Positions 24,016-36,812 are shown, numbered from the whole stretch's first letter. The stretch is DNA of 63,686 nt, filler included, from Neoconidiobolus thromboides FSU 785 (GCA_025603075.1; 4 parts of 4 records of this genome joined end to end with filler, not necessarily neighbours in it); one strand, 5' to 3'. Numbers and translations are program-made. The notes: generated from the sequence alone by a model not told the origin.

Positions 24016-24119
24016 ATATGGGGATGTGTTTTTTTATTTAAGAATTTTACTACAATCTTTCCACTCAAATAGCGTTTAAAAAATGGAAAAATAATGAAAC
24101 TAAAAAAAACAGCCCATAT
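24016..24119 (+). mobile_element. MITE copy 4
   Basis: ATAT-GGGGATG...CAGCCC-ATAT. Confidence 0.92.
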
Positions 24120-24625
24120 CTTATCTTTACTTGTTGGTGGAAACCAAACAATATTGTTACTTGATGCTTTACTATAGATACTGAGATTATTTAAGAGTAA
24201 AATAAATACATGCCAATATCCTATGTAATTTACGATAGTTACTTCATTCTTTAACAGTAATGCATTATTCTTAATCTCCATCTAATGAAATATTTCTTTG
24301 TTATTAAAAATAGTGCAGAGTTATAGCACTATTTAATTTCATTACTATTTTTCATCTTTGAGGGAAAGTAAACATAAATAGAAAGGAAATTTGGCTAAAA
24401 ACTAATGTTAATATCAGTATTGTTATTATATTCTTAATCGAATAGGTAATAGTATATGTGGAAAAACTAATAACTAACAATTATATACATAAATGTCACC
24501 TTATACCATCTACCTTTGATATTTTGACTAGCAAGAGTATCAAACCGAAGTTTACTGCAATTAAGTTTTTATAAATAAATTATGAATTATTGTACATATA
24601 TTGTATTTGATATAAAATAAAACTT

Positions 24626-25697
24626 TTAATTAGTAGGGTTATATTTCAATAAAGCTAAAAATGCTCGTAAGGTATAATGAGCGTCATTACCTAAGTAAAA
24701 ATAAAATAAAACAATAACTTAAATAATAGTAATCTTTTTACCAGCATTATGAAAACAGAACGCATCGATATTTAAATAATGTAATAAATTCGATAGAGAA
24801 ACAGAGTTCAACTGATCATTTAAATGTTTATATAAATCAGTAGTATCGAAAGTATTGTATTCCAAGCTGATTCCATTTTTCTTTAAGAATTTAACATCAT
24901 TATTAAAATCATGACCTATTAAATAAAGATTCTTTCGAAATCGGTTAATATCATTTTGAAAATATTTTAAAGCATCAACTAAGCTCATCAGTTGACTTTT
25001 ACCAAATAGGAAATGTTCTTTGTTATCATAGCCTGGTAACTGGTTTCTTATTCCATAATGTTCCTTAATTATCAAGTGTTTTGATAAAAATAACTGGGAT
25101 TTGAAATTAAAAATAGAATAACCAATCTCTAATATAGTATCGTGATTTCTCTCCCATACTTCTAAATCAATAGATATGAAATATACTTCTCTCTCTTTAT
25201 CTTTGTGCAATAACTGATAAGCCAGGAGATAACTTTGCTTCAACAACTCTTTCTTTCCTTTATTTGCTACTTGTTTTTGATTACTTCTTCGGATTTTCGA
25301 CAATAATGCTTTGATCTCTTTATGCGTATTAAGTTCAATGCGCTTAAGGGTTGAATATATGGTTGGTAGTGGTAATGGTTTTAAATTGATACCAAATTTA
25401 TTCTCAATCTCTTTTCTACTTTGTAATAGTAACTCTTCTTCTACCAATAATTGTTGTCGTTGCTTTCCATCGATACCTAGGGAAATAAAGCTAAGTATTA
25501 TATAGCAAACAGTAGTAGTTTGATGCTAATGATTTACCTAAATATAGCTGGTTTTTATTTTTTAAAGCATCCAAATAAAACTCTTCTTCATCCAAATAAG
25601 TTTTGATTTCTTCTCTTATTGTTGTATCAGATATATCTTCTTTCCAATGGTTTATTATACTTTTTAAATGATACAAGTTTTTATGTTGCAGCTCCAT
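24626..25697 (-). CDS. DEDDh 3'-5' exonuclease, Gfd2/YDR514C-like, 3 exons
   Basis: FISIDLEVWERNHDTILEIG, LIGHDFNNDVKFL, FDTTDLY and spliced HNAG|NDAHYTL motif. Confidence 0.85.
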
Positions 25698-26602
25698 TTT
25701 TGGTGATATTTTATTGAGAAAAGAAAAGTCATGATTTTTTCAATCAAATTTTAGTGAAATAATTTTTCACAAACAAGGCTTTAAACATCAAAAAAATTAC
25801 GTTTCCATTAATAAAATATTATTACCATGGTAAAGTATTAGATGCAACTAATCAAATAAAAATACCAGTTATTCTTTTGATTGACTTTTATACATTTTAT
25901 TATAATAATGGCACTATTACTGAAAACAGACTAAGTCTTTTTTCTGAAATTTAATGAAGACATTGTGTTTTATTTTTTTATTAGTCTAAAAGTAGAGCTA
26001 ATTAAGGTCAAAAGAAAAGTCAAATAGTGATAGGCTTTTGAAACTAAAATTGAAGAAGCAGAACAAGGAAAAAAACACTTGGTGATAGAGTATAAAGCAG
26101 AGAGAGCTTCAAAGGAGTCACAACATTTAAGTTTAAAAGTTAGGAAAAAGGATCAGGCAGAGGGAGCGTTTTATTGATTAACATTCGTTTGATGTGACAA
26201 CCATTATGATAAGGTAAGCGGATGGAATTAAAATAGATCTGATAATAAGCGGGGCTTTGTAAGGAAATTGGCCAAACCAATCAAAAGGTATTAATGAGAG
26301 CGAGATATAAATCTTTTCAAATTCAGAATTTACCACATATCTCTTATAAAATACATATATAATAGAAATTAAAGTTAAGGCATTTGGAAAGTATTGTTTA
26401 GGATTTTTATTACTTATGATAAGATCAATGAACTTCCGTATATGTTTCAAAAATAAAGTTTAGAAAGTCTAATAGTTAAATTTGTTATAAAATCTTTGAT
26501 AAAAATATGTGATAAGTATAAAGATGTGTATTTATCTAAATCAATGTAAAACTATAACGCATTTTTAACTGATTTGATAAGTCCATCAAAATATCCTTCA
26601 AT

Positions 26603-26706
26603 ATATGGGAATCTATTTTTTTGTTTAAAAATTTACTAGCAAGTTTTTCCACCTAAATAGTACTAAAAATAGAAAAAGTAATGAAACTAAAAAAACACCC
26701 CCATAT
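26603..26706 (+). mobile_element. MITE copy 5
   Basis: ATAT-GGGAATC...CACCCCC-ATAT; at the 3' end of the Cys-rich pseudogene. Confidence 0.9.
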
Positions 26707-27285
26707 CCTTTCAAAAGTTTAATACCTTCGTTTAAAACTTGTTTAGCAATTCTATCAGGTATAATTAATTTTTTATCGAGCTCAGTATCTTTACACTTAC
26801 TCCCTAAGAACCTCTTGGTCTGTTGTAGGACCTAAAATAGCATTAATAGTAACCACTAAAACCAAATCAGTATAAGGAATAGCAGAAAGCCCAACAGTGA
26901 CAGCCACTTCCATGTATTCTGAAGCTTTACTATTATACGATATTTATGAAGTATTGGTTAGTGGTAAATAGGTAAAACAAGAAGCTAAATCAGCAGCTTT
27001 GTTATCTATGTCAAATGTGCTACAGTAGGTACCACAAGATGATTTAGTTTCCGAGCTTGGAATCAATTTAAAGTAATCACTAAAATTATATCCCATAGTA
27101 ACAATTCGTAATACATCATTAGCTAAAGGACAGATTTTAGCAATGATCAATATATGGGGGAATGTTTTTTTGGTTTTATTACTTTTCCCATTTTTAAGCG
27201 TTATTTGAGTAGAAAAATTGTTGGTAAAATCTTCAAGCAAAAAAATACATTCCCATATGCTCATTAAATTGGATTGTTTGAGCAT
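26707..27285 (-). pseudogene. Decayed Cys-rich, probably secreted small protein gene with a MITE in its N-terminus
   Basis: MLKQSNLMS[MITE]ILIIAKICPLANDVLRIV..SCGTYCSTF..LASCFTY..NTS*ISYNSKSFRIHGSGCHCWAFCYSLY*..YY*CYF; stops and a frameshift. Confidence 0.55.
27152..27258 (-). mobile_element. MITE copy 6
   Basis: ATAT-GGGGGAATG...CATTCCC-ATAT; read through without stops by ORF 26944-27285. Confidence 0.92.
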
Positions 27286-27949
27286 TCTTTTTATATAGCT
27301 TGATCTTATTTAGGATTTTAGTAATAATACCCTCGGTCATTTTGATTTAGAATACTTGACAATATTTTTGGTCATCTGGATAATAACTATTCATAGGGAT
27401 AACGGTCAATCTTAAGTTTTGTCTCAAATCTACAGAAATATAATTCCTACTTTGAATGTTAGAAGTTATACATATATATAACCTTTCTCTTTATTTGGAG
27501 TTATAGTATACAATATATTTGAATCTTTTATTTGATCAATTGAATTCGTAAACTTAACTCGGAAAGCATTAGTATAATACTGACGCCATGTCAAACAGTA
27601 GTATTTAAAATTATGAAAACAGCTTTTTCCTTTGTACCATTCCTCTGATTGTTCATACTTTCCTACTATTACTAGCCAACAATGCAAAGACTGACAATTA
27701 CGTTAATATTTTGGTGATATGTCAACTTTAAACTATAGTTAATCATAACCAAGTGATAACATTTCTTATCTAAGTAGATTAACCCAATTGAATCTTGACT
27801 TAAAGTAGCAGTAACAAAAAGTAGAAATGATAAAGCTAAAAACGTTTGATTTTTATGTATAATTGAAACCTTTCTGTTTTACTTATATAGCTTTTTTAAA
27901 TATTTTGAATACTAGATATAAAACAAATATTTAATGCTAAAACAATATT

Positions 27950-28054
27950 ATATGGGACTGTTTTTTTTAATTTCATTATTTTTCTATTTTTTAAGCGCTA
28001 TTTAAGTGGAAAGAATATAGTAAAATTCTTAAGCAAAAAAACACATCCCCATAT
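27950..28054 (-). mobile_element. MITE copy 7
   Basis: ATAT-GGGACTG...CATCCCC-ATAT. Confidence 0.92.
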
Positions 28055-28372
28055 GTTTGATAATTTAAATTAAAAACGAATATGAATTAATAAAGAATAA
28101 ACAAATAAAACTTATTTAAAATAAATGGTATTACAGCGTATTTATCAAGATATTAGAATAGTATAAGTAGTTATACTCTTTGAAATTTTTATACATAAGC
28201 TATAAGCTATAAGCTTTTATTTCTAACTACTTTATTTGGTTTCCTTGTACTATCAAATTTTGAATAATCAAACATTTATTAACTTTCCAATGCATGTCAT
28301 CTCAGACTTGTCCTTTATTTTCTCTTTTAGTGCTAATAAAAACCTATAAAGGCTTTGCTTTGACTTGAATTA

Positions 28373-28471
28373 ATATGAGGATTTTTTTGACTGTCACTTT
28401 TTCTACCTTTTAAGCATTATTTGAGTAGAAAAACTCTTAGTAAAATCTTAAACAAAAATGCATCCCCATAT
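28373..28471 (-). mobile_element. MITE copy 8 (diverged, short)
   Basis: ATAT-GAGGAT...CATCCCC-ATAT; aagcattatttgagtagaaa core. Confidence 0.85.
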
Positions 28472-28986
28472 AAAAAAAGACTCTAAAGTTTATCATTTAT
28501 ACAGTTATTTTAAATAAGTAGTTGTTTAAAACCATTGAATTACTCACAGTATTTTAGTTACCTATGTTTTTTCCATATTTATAAATATTCAAAATAACTA
28601 GTTTATTATATTATATTAATGTTATTTATCAGACCTCTAGCTGATTTTATTAAAATAAAAGGTTTGTTTTAATGATAATACTTGGTTGTTATATAAGCTC
28701 TATCTATATTAATTTAAATGAATCAAGATATTATTCTATAATATAAACAAGCAGTATTTAGTTTGAAGACACTATTAATTTTAGTTATTTAATGTTTATA
28801 AAACATGGATAGTATACAATATACTTTGTAATAGTACCATATTAAGCAAAGATTTAAATTCGCATTTTGAAAAATTCAAATAAGTCTTAATATATAAAAT
28901 AGATTTAAAGTACTGCTAATATGTCAGAAATAAAAACTTGAAATAATTAGTTTATTAAAATAAACAAATTGATTGATTTTAATTAA

Positions 28987-29090
28987 GTATTGGGATGTAT
29001 TTTTGTGTTTAAGAATTTTACTAACAAATTTTCCACTTAAACAGTGCTTAAAAAACAGAAAAAGTAAAGTCAAAATAAACACTCCCATTA
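28987..29090 (+). mobile_element. MITE copy 9
   Basis: TGGGATGTATTTTTGTGTTTAAGAATTTTACT...CACTCCC; degenerate TSD. Confidence 0.85.
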
Positions 29091-29098
29091 TTATTATC

Positions 29099-29204
29099 AA
29101 ATGGGGATGTATTTGAGGATTTAAGGATCTCACTAACAATTTTTCCACTCAAATAGCGCTTAAAAGATGGAAAAAACAATGAAGCCAAAAAAACACCCCC
29201 AAAT
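29099..29204 (+). mobile_element. MITE copy 10 (AAAT direct repeat), 8 bp from copy 9
   Basis: AAAT-GGGGATG...CACCCCC-AAAT. Confidence 0.9.
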
Positions 29205-29337
29205 GTTTCTTTGAATCAAAGCCTAAATTTGTTTTTTTATGGTTTGTTATTATTAGATATTTATTAATAAAATTGAGTCAATAATTGATACTAAAACTTA
29301 ATAAATAAAAAATAAGGCTATCAAAAAAAACATTAAT

Positions 29338-29397
29338 TTTTATTTTATTTTATTTTATTTTATTTTATTTTGTTTTATTTTATTCTATTTTTATTTA
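29338..29397. repeat. (TATTT)n microsatellite
   Basis: About 11 imperfect pentamer units. Confidence 0.85.
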
Positions 29398-29547
29398 ATA
29401 AGTTAATAAATAGAGCTACAATTTACTACTAATTAAAAATTACTTGAAACCATTTTTTATTTATTAAAACTTATGAAATTCTTATCTATTTATTTAACTC
29501 CCGAAATAAACAACTATCTTTATCTATAATGTGCTTGATTTCTTTAA

Positions 29548-30447
29548 TTAATCTTCATAATCTTCTTTAGCCCAGTCTGGTAAGTTCTTGGTAGTAAAAT
29601 GATAGTCCAATAATTTATAAGAATAAGCATGTAAGTAAATCAAATTTTCTTTAACAATAGGATCCGGTGGTATTAAATTATTACAAACATCACATTGTGT
29701 CCAGCCTACGCTGTTTATTTTGCTTGGTTGCATTCTCTTCTTTGCTAATTCTATTGTATGCTCATTCATGTATTGAATTTTTATTAGATTTAAATTACTA
29801 GTATTATTAACCTTTGGTAAAACTTCGTCAGTTTTATTTTGGTCTAACTCAGTTTCATTATTTTCATCTTTTATTTTTGGTATTTCTTGTCCAGCTTCAT
29901 TTGTTTCTTCTTTCTCCTTTTTCTTTTCCTTTATGTTGTTTTCTATTACTTTGTTTATTTTACTATCTATTAATTCTACCTTATCATCTCCAGCTTCTTT
30001 CTCTTTACTGTCAATTCCATTCAATTTTACTTCCATGTCCTCCTTTCTATCTTTTTCCTTATCGTTATTGCTTTCACTATCTTTATTTAACTTATACAAA
30101 GGATCATTAGCAATAGGAAATCCCAGATAAAAAAGATGTACTCTAATTTGATGAGTTCTACCAGTTTTTGGAATAGCTTTAACTAAAGAAGACTTACCAT
30201 TAAACTTCACTAGCTCAAACCTAGTAAAACTTGGCTTTCCATCTGGGTGCACCATATATAACCCAAGTTTAGGATCTAATACTTTAATAGGTTGATCGCA
30301 TTCCACAAATTCTGGAAACTTTCCATCAACTCGACAAAAATACTCCTTACTCACTTTATTTAACTTCATTTCACTTTCTATTTTTTTAGCTATAACTTCA
30401 TTTAGTCCTATAATAACAATACCACTAGTTAATCTATCTAACCTATT
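29548..30447 (-). CDS. RluA-family pseudouridine synthase (Rib2/Pus9-like), 5' end in gap
   Basis: NRLDRLTSG catalytic motif at the gap edge, VSKEYFCRV, PKTGRTHQIRVHL, GFPIANDPLY, IYLHAY. Confidence 0.9.
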   Translation of the reverse strand, partial: NRLDRLTSGIVIIGLNEVIAKKIESEMKLNKVSKEYFCRVDGKFPEFVECDQPIKVLDPKLGLYMVHPDGKPSFTRFELVKFNGKSSLVKAIPKTGRTHQIRVHLFYLGFPIANDPLYKLNKDSESNNDKEKDRKEDMEVKLNGIDSKEKEAGDDKVELIDSKINKVIENNIKEKKKEKEETNEAGQEIPKIKDENNETELDQNKTDEVLPKVNNTSNLNLIKIQYMNEHTIELAKKRMQPSKINSVGWTQCDVCNNLIPPDPIVKENLIYLHAYSYKLLDYHFTTKNLPDWAKEDYED

Positions 30448-30547
30448 NNNNNNNNNNNNNNNNNNNNNNNNNNNNNNNNNNNNNNNNNNNNTTAATTAAT
30501 TAANNNNNNNNNNNNNNNNNNNNNNNNNNNNNNNNNNNNNNNNNNNN
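30448..30547. other. Assembly gap with linker; real gap must be much larger
   Basis: Hides the 5' ends of both the pseudouridine synthase and TOR (head-to-head). Confidence 0.95.
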
Positions 30548-32448
30548 TACGTCTTTTGACCCTGTGGTTTAAATATGCTCATTTGAGGGATGTTAACTTT
30601 GCTATTACAGAGGGCTTCAATAATATAACTACAGATACTTGGTTGCAAGTAATTCCTCAACTTATTGCACGTATCCATGCCTCCAATGCTCATGTTCGTA
30701 GATTGGTTCATCATATACTTAATGAGGTTAGTAAAAAACATCCTCAAGCTTTGGTTTATCCAGTCACAGTTGCTACCAAATCACAAAGTAATTCCAGAAA
30801 GAATGCTGCAGTTTCTTTAATGGATAGAATAAAGAGTCATAGTCTTATACTTGTTGAACAAGCATTAATAGTGAGTCAAGAATTGATTCGAGTTGCTATC
30901 CTTTGGCATGAAATGTGGTATGAAGGGCTTGAAGAAGCTTCTAGATTATACTTTAGAGATCATAACATTGAAGCTATGTTTACTACTTTGGAGCCATTAC
31001 ATAGAATGCTTGAACAAGGGCCTGAAACACTTCGAGAGATCTCATTTAATCAAGCATTTGGTCGCGATTTACAAGAAGCATATGAATGGTGTCAAAGATA
31101 CAAACAAACAAGAAATGTCAATGATCTTAACCAAGCATGGGATCTTTATTATCAAGTACTTAGAAGGATCAATAACCAATTGCCTCAGCTTACCACCTTG
31201 GAGTTGCAGTTTGTTTCTCCCAAATTATTAGAAGCTGAGAACCTTCAATTGGCTATCCCAGGATCTTATAAGAGTGGCGAATCTTTGGTTAAAATTGCTA
31301 GCTTTTTCCCAACGCTTAATGTCATTACTTCGAAACAACGTCCCAGAAAACTTATTATTAAAGGAGATAACGGCAAGGATTATCAATACCTTCTAAAAGG
31401 ACATGAGGATCTTCGTCAAGATGAAAGAGTAATGCAGCTATTTGGATTAGTTAATACCTTGCTTTCATCAGATTCGGAAACATTTAAAAGAAGACTTAGT
31501 ATCGAAAGATATCCAGTCATTCCACTTTCACCAAATTCTGGTTTGATTGGTTGGTTACCACACTGTGATACTTTACATTCATTGATTAGAGATTATAGAG
31601 AAAGTCGCAAGATATTACTTAACATTGAGCACCGACTTATGCTTCAAATGGCACCTGACTATGACAATTTAGCATTACTTCAAAAGGTTGAAGTGTTTGA
31701 GTTTGCACTTGACAATACCACAGGTCAGGATTTATACCGCGTTTTATGGCTTAAGAGTCAAAACTCGGAAGCTTGGTTGGATCGTAGAACTAATTATACA
31801 CGCTCACTTGCTTTGATGTCAATGGTAGGTTATATTTTGGGATTGGGTGATCGTCATCCTTCCAATTTAATGTTACATCGATTCTCTGGTAAAGTAAACC
31901 ATATTGATTTTGGGGATTGTTTTGAAGTAGCTATGCATCGTGATAAATTTCCAGAAAAGATTCCATTTAGACTTACACGTATGTTGACCAACGCAATGGA
32001 AGTGAGTGGTATTGAAGGTACCTTCCGTATTACATGTGAGAATGTGATGCGAGTATTAAGAGAGAATAAGGAGAGCTTAATGGCGGTGTTGGAGGCTTTT
32101 GTTTATGATCCATTGATCAATTGGAGATTATTAACCCATCCAAGCCCTAAGCCAGAGGGAAGAAATAGAAACTCAGGTGCTGAGGAAAGACCAAGTACTT
32201 TGTCTAGGAAAAACACAACATCTAGGAAAAATGATGATAACCTTAATGATGATAAAACAAACAAGTCTGAGAATTTAAATCAAAGGGCTGTTACAGTTAT
32301 CAATAGAGTTAATAACAAACTTTCAGGTCGTGACTTTAATCCTAATACTACCTTGGATGTACCTCAGCAGGTTCAAAAACTTATACTTCAAGCCACTTCA
32401 TTAGAAAATCTTTGTCAATGCTACATTGGTTGGTGTGCCTTTTGGTAG
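30548..32448 (+). CDS. TOR: TOR kinase, C-terminal part (FAT end, FRB, PI3K-like kinase, FATC)
   Basis: [34 protein letters not shown] (FRB), [43 protein letters not shown]. Confidence 0.98.
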
Positions 32449-32816
32449 TTTAGGATTTTTTTAGAAATATGATATAGTGACAGAAACTAAATCACATCTT
32501 ATTAACACTGAGCTTTGTTTAGATACTCAAATAAAGCCAATTCCTTCCCATTATTAAATTTTATTTTAAACTTTTTTTATATTATAATAGTAGCTATTTA
32601 ATCATTTTAGAGCAAAATGATTTAAATTTTAACAATTCTTTCATATGCCAACTTCAAATGTATTAAAATTAATGTGGTTTATTAAAATTCGATTAAAATT
32701 TTGGAGAAATTAATTAAGAAACCATTTAGTAGTTCACAGGATATAGAAATAATGAGATGTAATTCAAATATCAGTAATATTACTAAACAATTTTAAGGCT
32801 TTAATTCATATCAAAC

Positions 32817-34424
32817 CTAGTTCTCTTTGGTCGAACTTCCCTTCTTTTTGTGACACTTACGTTTACTTGGTTCTGGGAGTTTAGGAAAACTATCTAAGTT
32901 TCCTAAAGCACAACGCAAAGGATTATTCTTTCTTTCTTCATTAAGTTTGCTAATATATAACGCATTCAAACGTTCATATTTACGTACTTCAACGATATTA
33001 TAGTTCATCATTAATAAAAATTCTTCTGAGAAAACGGGTGGTACACGGATTTGTTCCATATCTTGACGGTCAGATACTTTGGGTGCAGTAACACCTTTCA
33101 TTACATATTCGGTAACATAATCAGTCAATTCTTTTTCTTCATCACATTCGACTTCGACGAATTCTTCAACATCAGAGGATAAAATATCATAAGAAGACTT
33201 GGAAGAGATGATCATCAAATCGTCAACTCTACGAATGAGATGACCTTGGTTAGAGCTTTCGTCAGAAGAAAATTCATCATTATTGATTTCTGGTTCAGAA
33301 GTTGGGATTGCATTATGGACAACTTTTGAATACTTGGAATAAGTTGGTACAGTTTCAAATTGGGTAGAAGATACTTCTGATTTGATAACAGTGGAGGAAG
33401 TTCCAGAAGTTTCTATTTTTATATTTGAAGTACTAGTTGAAGTAGAAGTACTAGTAAGAGTGGTAGAGCTTCCTGAGGAGGTTGCTGAAGTTACTGGTTT
33501 ATCCGTTGAAGTTTGATTTTTATTGACGTCATATTTAAAATTATCTTCTGGATAGATATAACATAATTTTTCTGCAGGATTGAGAACATCCCTTACAGAA
33601 AGGTCAAATTTATATAACTTTGAATCCATATCAGCAATTGTGTTATCAAAAGCATAAGTGTACTCTTTTTCTGGGTGTCTTTTAGACCAATCAAACCAAA
33701 TTTTATCAATAAAAGCATGATGGGAGTAAAATAAGGGGTCATTGGGGGAAGTGTGACCGCAGAAGTCAGCACCAACAAAATTATGTAAATAAGCGTGAGA
33801 GATCTCAATGTTCGAAGCAAAGCTAGAGAAATCCGGTTTGTTTAAAGTGACACCATCGATCACTTCAGAACTTAATAAGGTGATTGCTTTTTTGTCCATC
33901 TTTTGAATTTTACGACGAACGCAATGTTCCTGTGATTTTCCATCACCTTCATAGTATACAGTAGTGTTCTTGAAAGAACCTCCACTTATACAATTGGTAT
34001 TTTTATCCCCGTCAAAACCAAATCGACGATTTGTTAATACAGCATCCTTTTCAGGGGCTTGAGAATATCTACTCCAATCCCAAAAAGGAATCATAATAGA
34101 AGGATCAATCTTTTGTAGTTCTAATTCCATTATTCTTAAATAAACTCGATGCCATGCAAGGAAAGATTTGGTACCATGTACCTTCTTGTAAACTTCATGA
34201 TGTAAAATGGCCATTTTATCCCAAAAGGTGGGTCTTGGACCAGAGTTTAATTTCTTTACAGCTGAGACGTAAGTATCCCATTGTTGATCTGTCAATGTAT
34301 AAATACTTGGTCTTTGTTTTGCTTCAGTAGGACATTTATTTAATGGGCCTAAAGACTGGCCATTAACTACCAGTAGTTGAGCGACAAGTCCAAACAGGAC
34401 TACAAAAGAATTATAGAAAATCAT
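32817..34424 (-). CDS. Secreted tyrosinase (type-3 di-copper) with Ser/Thr-rich linker
   Basis: Signal peptide; CuA HHEVYKKVHGTKSFLAWHR; IPFWDW; CuB HAYLHNFVG..SPNDPLFYSHHAFID. Confidence 0.92.
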   Translation of the reverse strand: MIFYNSFVVLFGLVAQLLVVNGQSLGPLNKCPTEAKQRPSIYTLTDQQWDTYVSAVKKLNSGPRPTFWDKMAILHHEVYKKVHGTKSFLAWHRVYLRIMELELQKIDPSIMIPFWDWSRYSQAPEKDAVLTNRRFGFDGDKNTNCISGGSFKNTTVYYEGDGKSQEHCVRRKIQKMDKKAITLLSSEVIDGVTLNKPDFSSFASNIEISHAYLHNFVGADFCGHTSPNDPLFYSHHAFIDKIWFDWSKRHPEKEYTYAFDNTIADMDSKLYKFDLSVRDVLNPAEKLCYIYPEDNFKYDVNKNQTSTDKPVTSATSSGSSTTLTSTSTSTSTSNIKIETSGTSSTVIKSEVSSTQFETVPTYSKYSKVVHNAIPTSEPEINNDEFSSDESSNQGHLIRRVDDLMIISSKSSYDILSSDVEEFVEVECDEEKELTDYVTEYVMKGVTAPKVSDRQDMEQIRVPPVFSEEFLLMMNYNIVEVRKYERLNALYISKLNEERKNNPLRCALGNLDSFPKLPEPSKRKCHKKKGSSTKEN

Positions 34425-35591
34425 TAAAGTAGATTTGAAAAGAATTTGAAATCCTTTATATACTTTAATGTATTACTGTTTAATTAGGATTAGTTCATAA
34501 AAGAAAGCTTTACATAAATATATTAGTTTTTCTTTGTTCTTCATCTTTATTTTTAAATTATTGATAAATATAGTAATTTCATTAGTCAATAAAGAACAGT
34601 ATTAAATTTTAATAAATTTATCTATCAAAACAGGATAGCTATAGTTAATATATTATAATCAAATGTAACATATGAAATATTATAACTATAAACATATAGT
34701 TAAAAAAATACAATCACGTCTAATTATAACTTATAGATTTGATAGTTTTGTATGAATATGAGTTTTTAAAAATACCTCAATTTAATCCAGCTTAATTTTA
34801 ACTACTAATTTATTCCTAAACAAAATCAAAACGAACAGTAATTTATTAAAGGATTAAATCATCCCTTTGGAAAAAACTATAGTATTAAATTGTTATTATA
34901 AGATTATAATTTTAGTTATAAATGGCCCTTTCTATTTTGCTTGTTAATAAGCCACTTAAGAGCTTTTTTTGTCTCTTCAATAACACAAAAAGAACCTTAT
35001 AGGTTGTTTTCATATTTATTATTGAATGTGAGCATGTCATTTATTTTTTAAATAAAAGAGATGAGTTTGTTACAATAAATATAAAAACTATCCTAATTTA
35101 ATTGTGAAATAGCTAATACAGTATAAAAATAAAAGCTAAAAATATAAGTTCAATTTTTAATAAATTTACAAAAATAATAATATATCACAATACACTCTAT
35201 TTTATCATTTTATAAGTTAAAAACTACAGTTTTATAACAATTTTATTAGGCATTTACAATCTATTAAAGGGGATTAATTAGAACTTAATAATTTTATTTA
35301 CCTAGTTTCAAATCAATTGAGATAAAGATGTACCAAATTTGCTCAGTCTACTAATGCTCTTCCAATATGAGTAGATGTAAATAATATAAAGCTTAATACT
35401 GCCTTTATACATTTTGTTTCCTCATAAATATTTTTTTGCCCTAAAGAGTCCCATTTTCGAAAGAAGCAAGCTACTACTATATATAAATACTGATATCTAC
35501 CTCTATATTTTAAAAAAATTGAAACTAATATATTAGTTTGAAATAACAACTCTAAAATGAATAAACTCATTAAGATAATACTTCTAACTGC

Positions 35592-35697
35592 ATATGGGGA
35601 TGTATTTTTTTGTTTAAGAATTTTACTAACGATCCTTCCACTCAAATAGCGCTTAAAAAATAGAAAAAGTAATGAAATCAAAAAAACATACCCATAT
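35592..35697 (+). mobile_element. MITE copy 11
   Basis: ATAT-GGGGATG...CATACCC-ATAT. Confidence 0.93.
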
Positions 35698-36613
35698 GCT
35701 AGTTCAGAATAAAAAATACTATACTAAATACTATAAGCATCTAAAAAGATAGAATTTTATTTTGTTTTTATTATTTGGACTTAGTTAATATACTCAAAAA
35801 TACGATGGATTTTTCAGGTATTACCTTTAAACTATACATTATCATTTTTAGTTACAATCAATGTTTAAATTAAAAAATTAAATTTTGTTCCAGCTTGATG
35901 GATTTCGGTTTCACTTACGAGAATGTCAAGATATAACAAGCTTCAGATTTCAATACATTTAATTGTAGCGATTTATCTCATAAAAAAAGCAAGATACTAA
36001 TACTATTAAGGTATAAAATAGGTAGACTTTAATTATTCATGTCCACTATTGCTATTATTAAATTTATCTATCATAGATTATGTTCTAATTATCTTAAAAA
36101 GTGAGCTGGGTTTAAAAACAAAATGAATTATTTCAAGTTAATATTAATACATTGTGAAATCTAGCACCCAGTGTTTGGAGTCAAGGACAGCTATTGCTGG
36201 GTTGACTACACCATAAGTTGAAAGGTCTTAGTTTATGTGACTAAGATAGACTTAGATTATGAGTAATAGCACGTAATAGGCTACAGACTATGTAAAACAA
36301 ATATAATAAACAATACTACTGTAAAATCTACATAAAATACTATTAAGAAAACTAAATGGCTTTATTAAATGTTCGAGATATCAGGGAATAATTTAGTTAA
36401 AAAGTCTCGAACTACTATACTCTGTAAACTCTTTTATACTCTGAAAACTATAAATATCAAAATGAGAAGATAATATTCTTTTGGATAGAGCTAGAAATTC
36501 TCTTAGCAAATCAAACTCAGGACGTGGGATTGATCTTCTCTGAACTCGAGAACACAACAGCTTAGGCGATTGTTATGCTATAATTAACCATGGGACTGAC
36601 AAAACGATATTTC

Positions 36614-36716
36614 ACATGGGGATGTATTTCTGTATTTAAGAATTTTACTACCAATTTTTCTACTCAAATGTGCTTGAAAGATGGAAAAAGTAATGAAGCC
36701 AAAAAAAACCCCACAT
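36614..36716 (+). mobile_element. MITE copy 12 (ACAT direct repeat)
   Basis: ACAT-GGGGATG...AACCCC-ACAT. Confidence 0.9.
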
Positions 36717-36812
36717 AATTATTTAAAAACAATTAATAATGACAGGATATCAACGCTATGATTTATTATTAAAAATATGAAAAAAATCAAAAATAATCAA
36801 ATCAAAGTTATC

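Noticed and set aside
25900-26450. ORF 26178-26450 as a possible retroelement endonuclease fragment
   Set aside because: Resemblance limited to DLIIS; no catalytic motifs.
27152-27258. 2-bp AT TSD (ISL2EU-like) hypothesis, since removing 105 nt restores MLKQSNLMSILIIAK
   Set aside because: Contradicted by three copies with perfect non-palindromic 4-bp direct repeats (AAAT, ACAT, AAAT). The 44141 site fits either model and the 45260 site fits 4 bp better.
27300-27720. ORF 27466-27687 and nearby stop-ridden sequence
   Set aside because: Probably another decayed gene, but no family could be assigned.
35900-36610. Slightly GC-richer relic tracts at 36.1-36.6 kb and 40.9-41.3 kb
   Set aside because: No sustained reading frame or recognisable motif.
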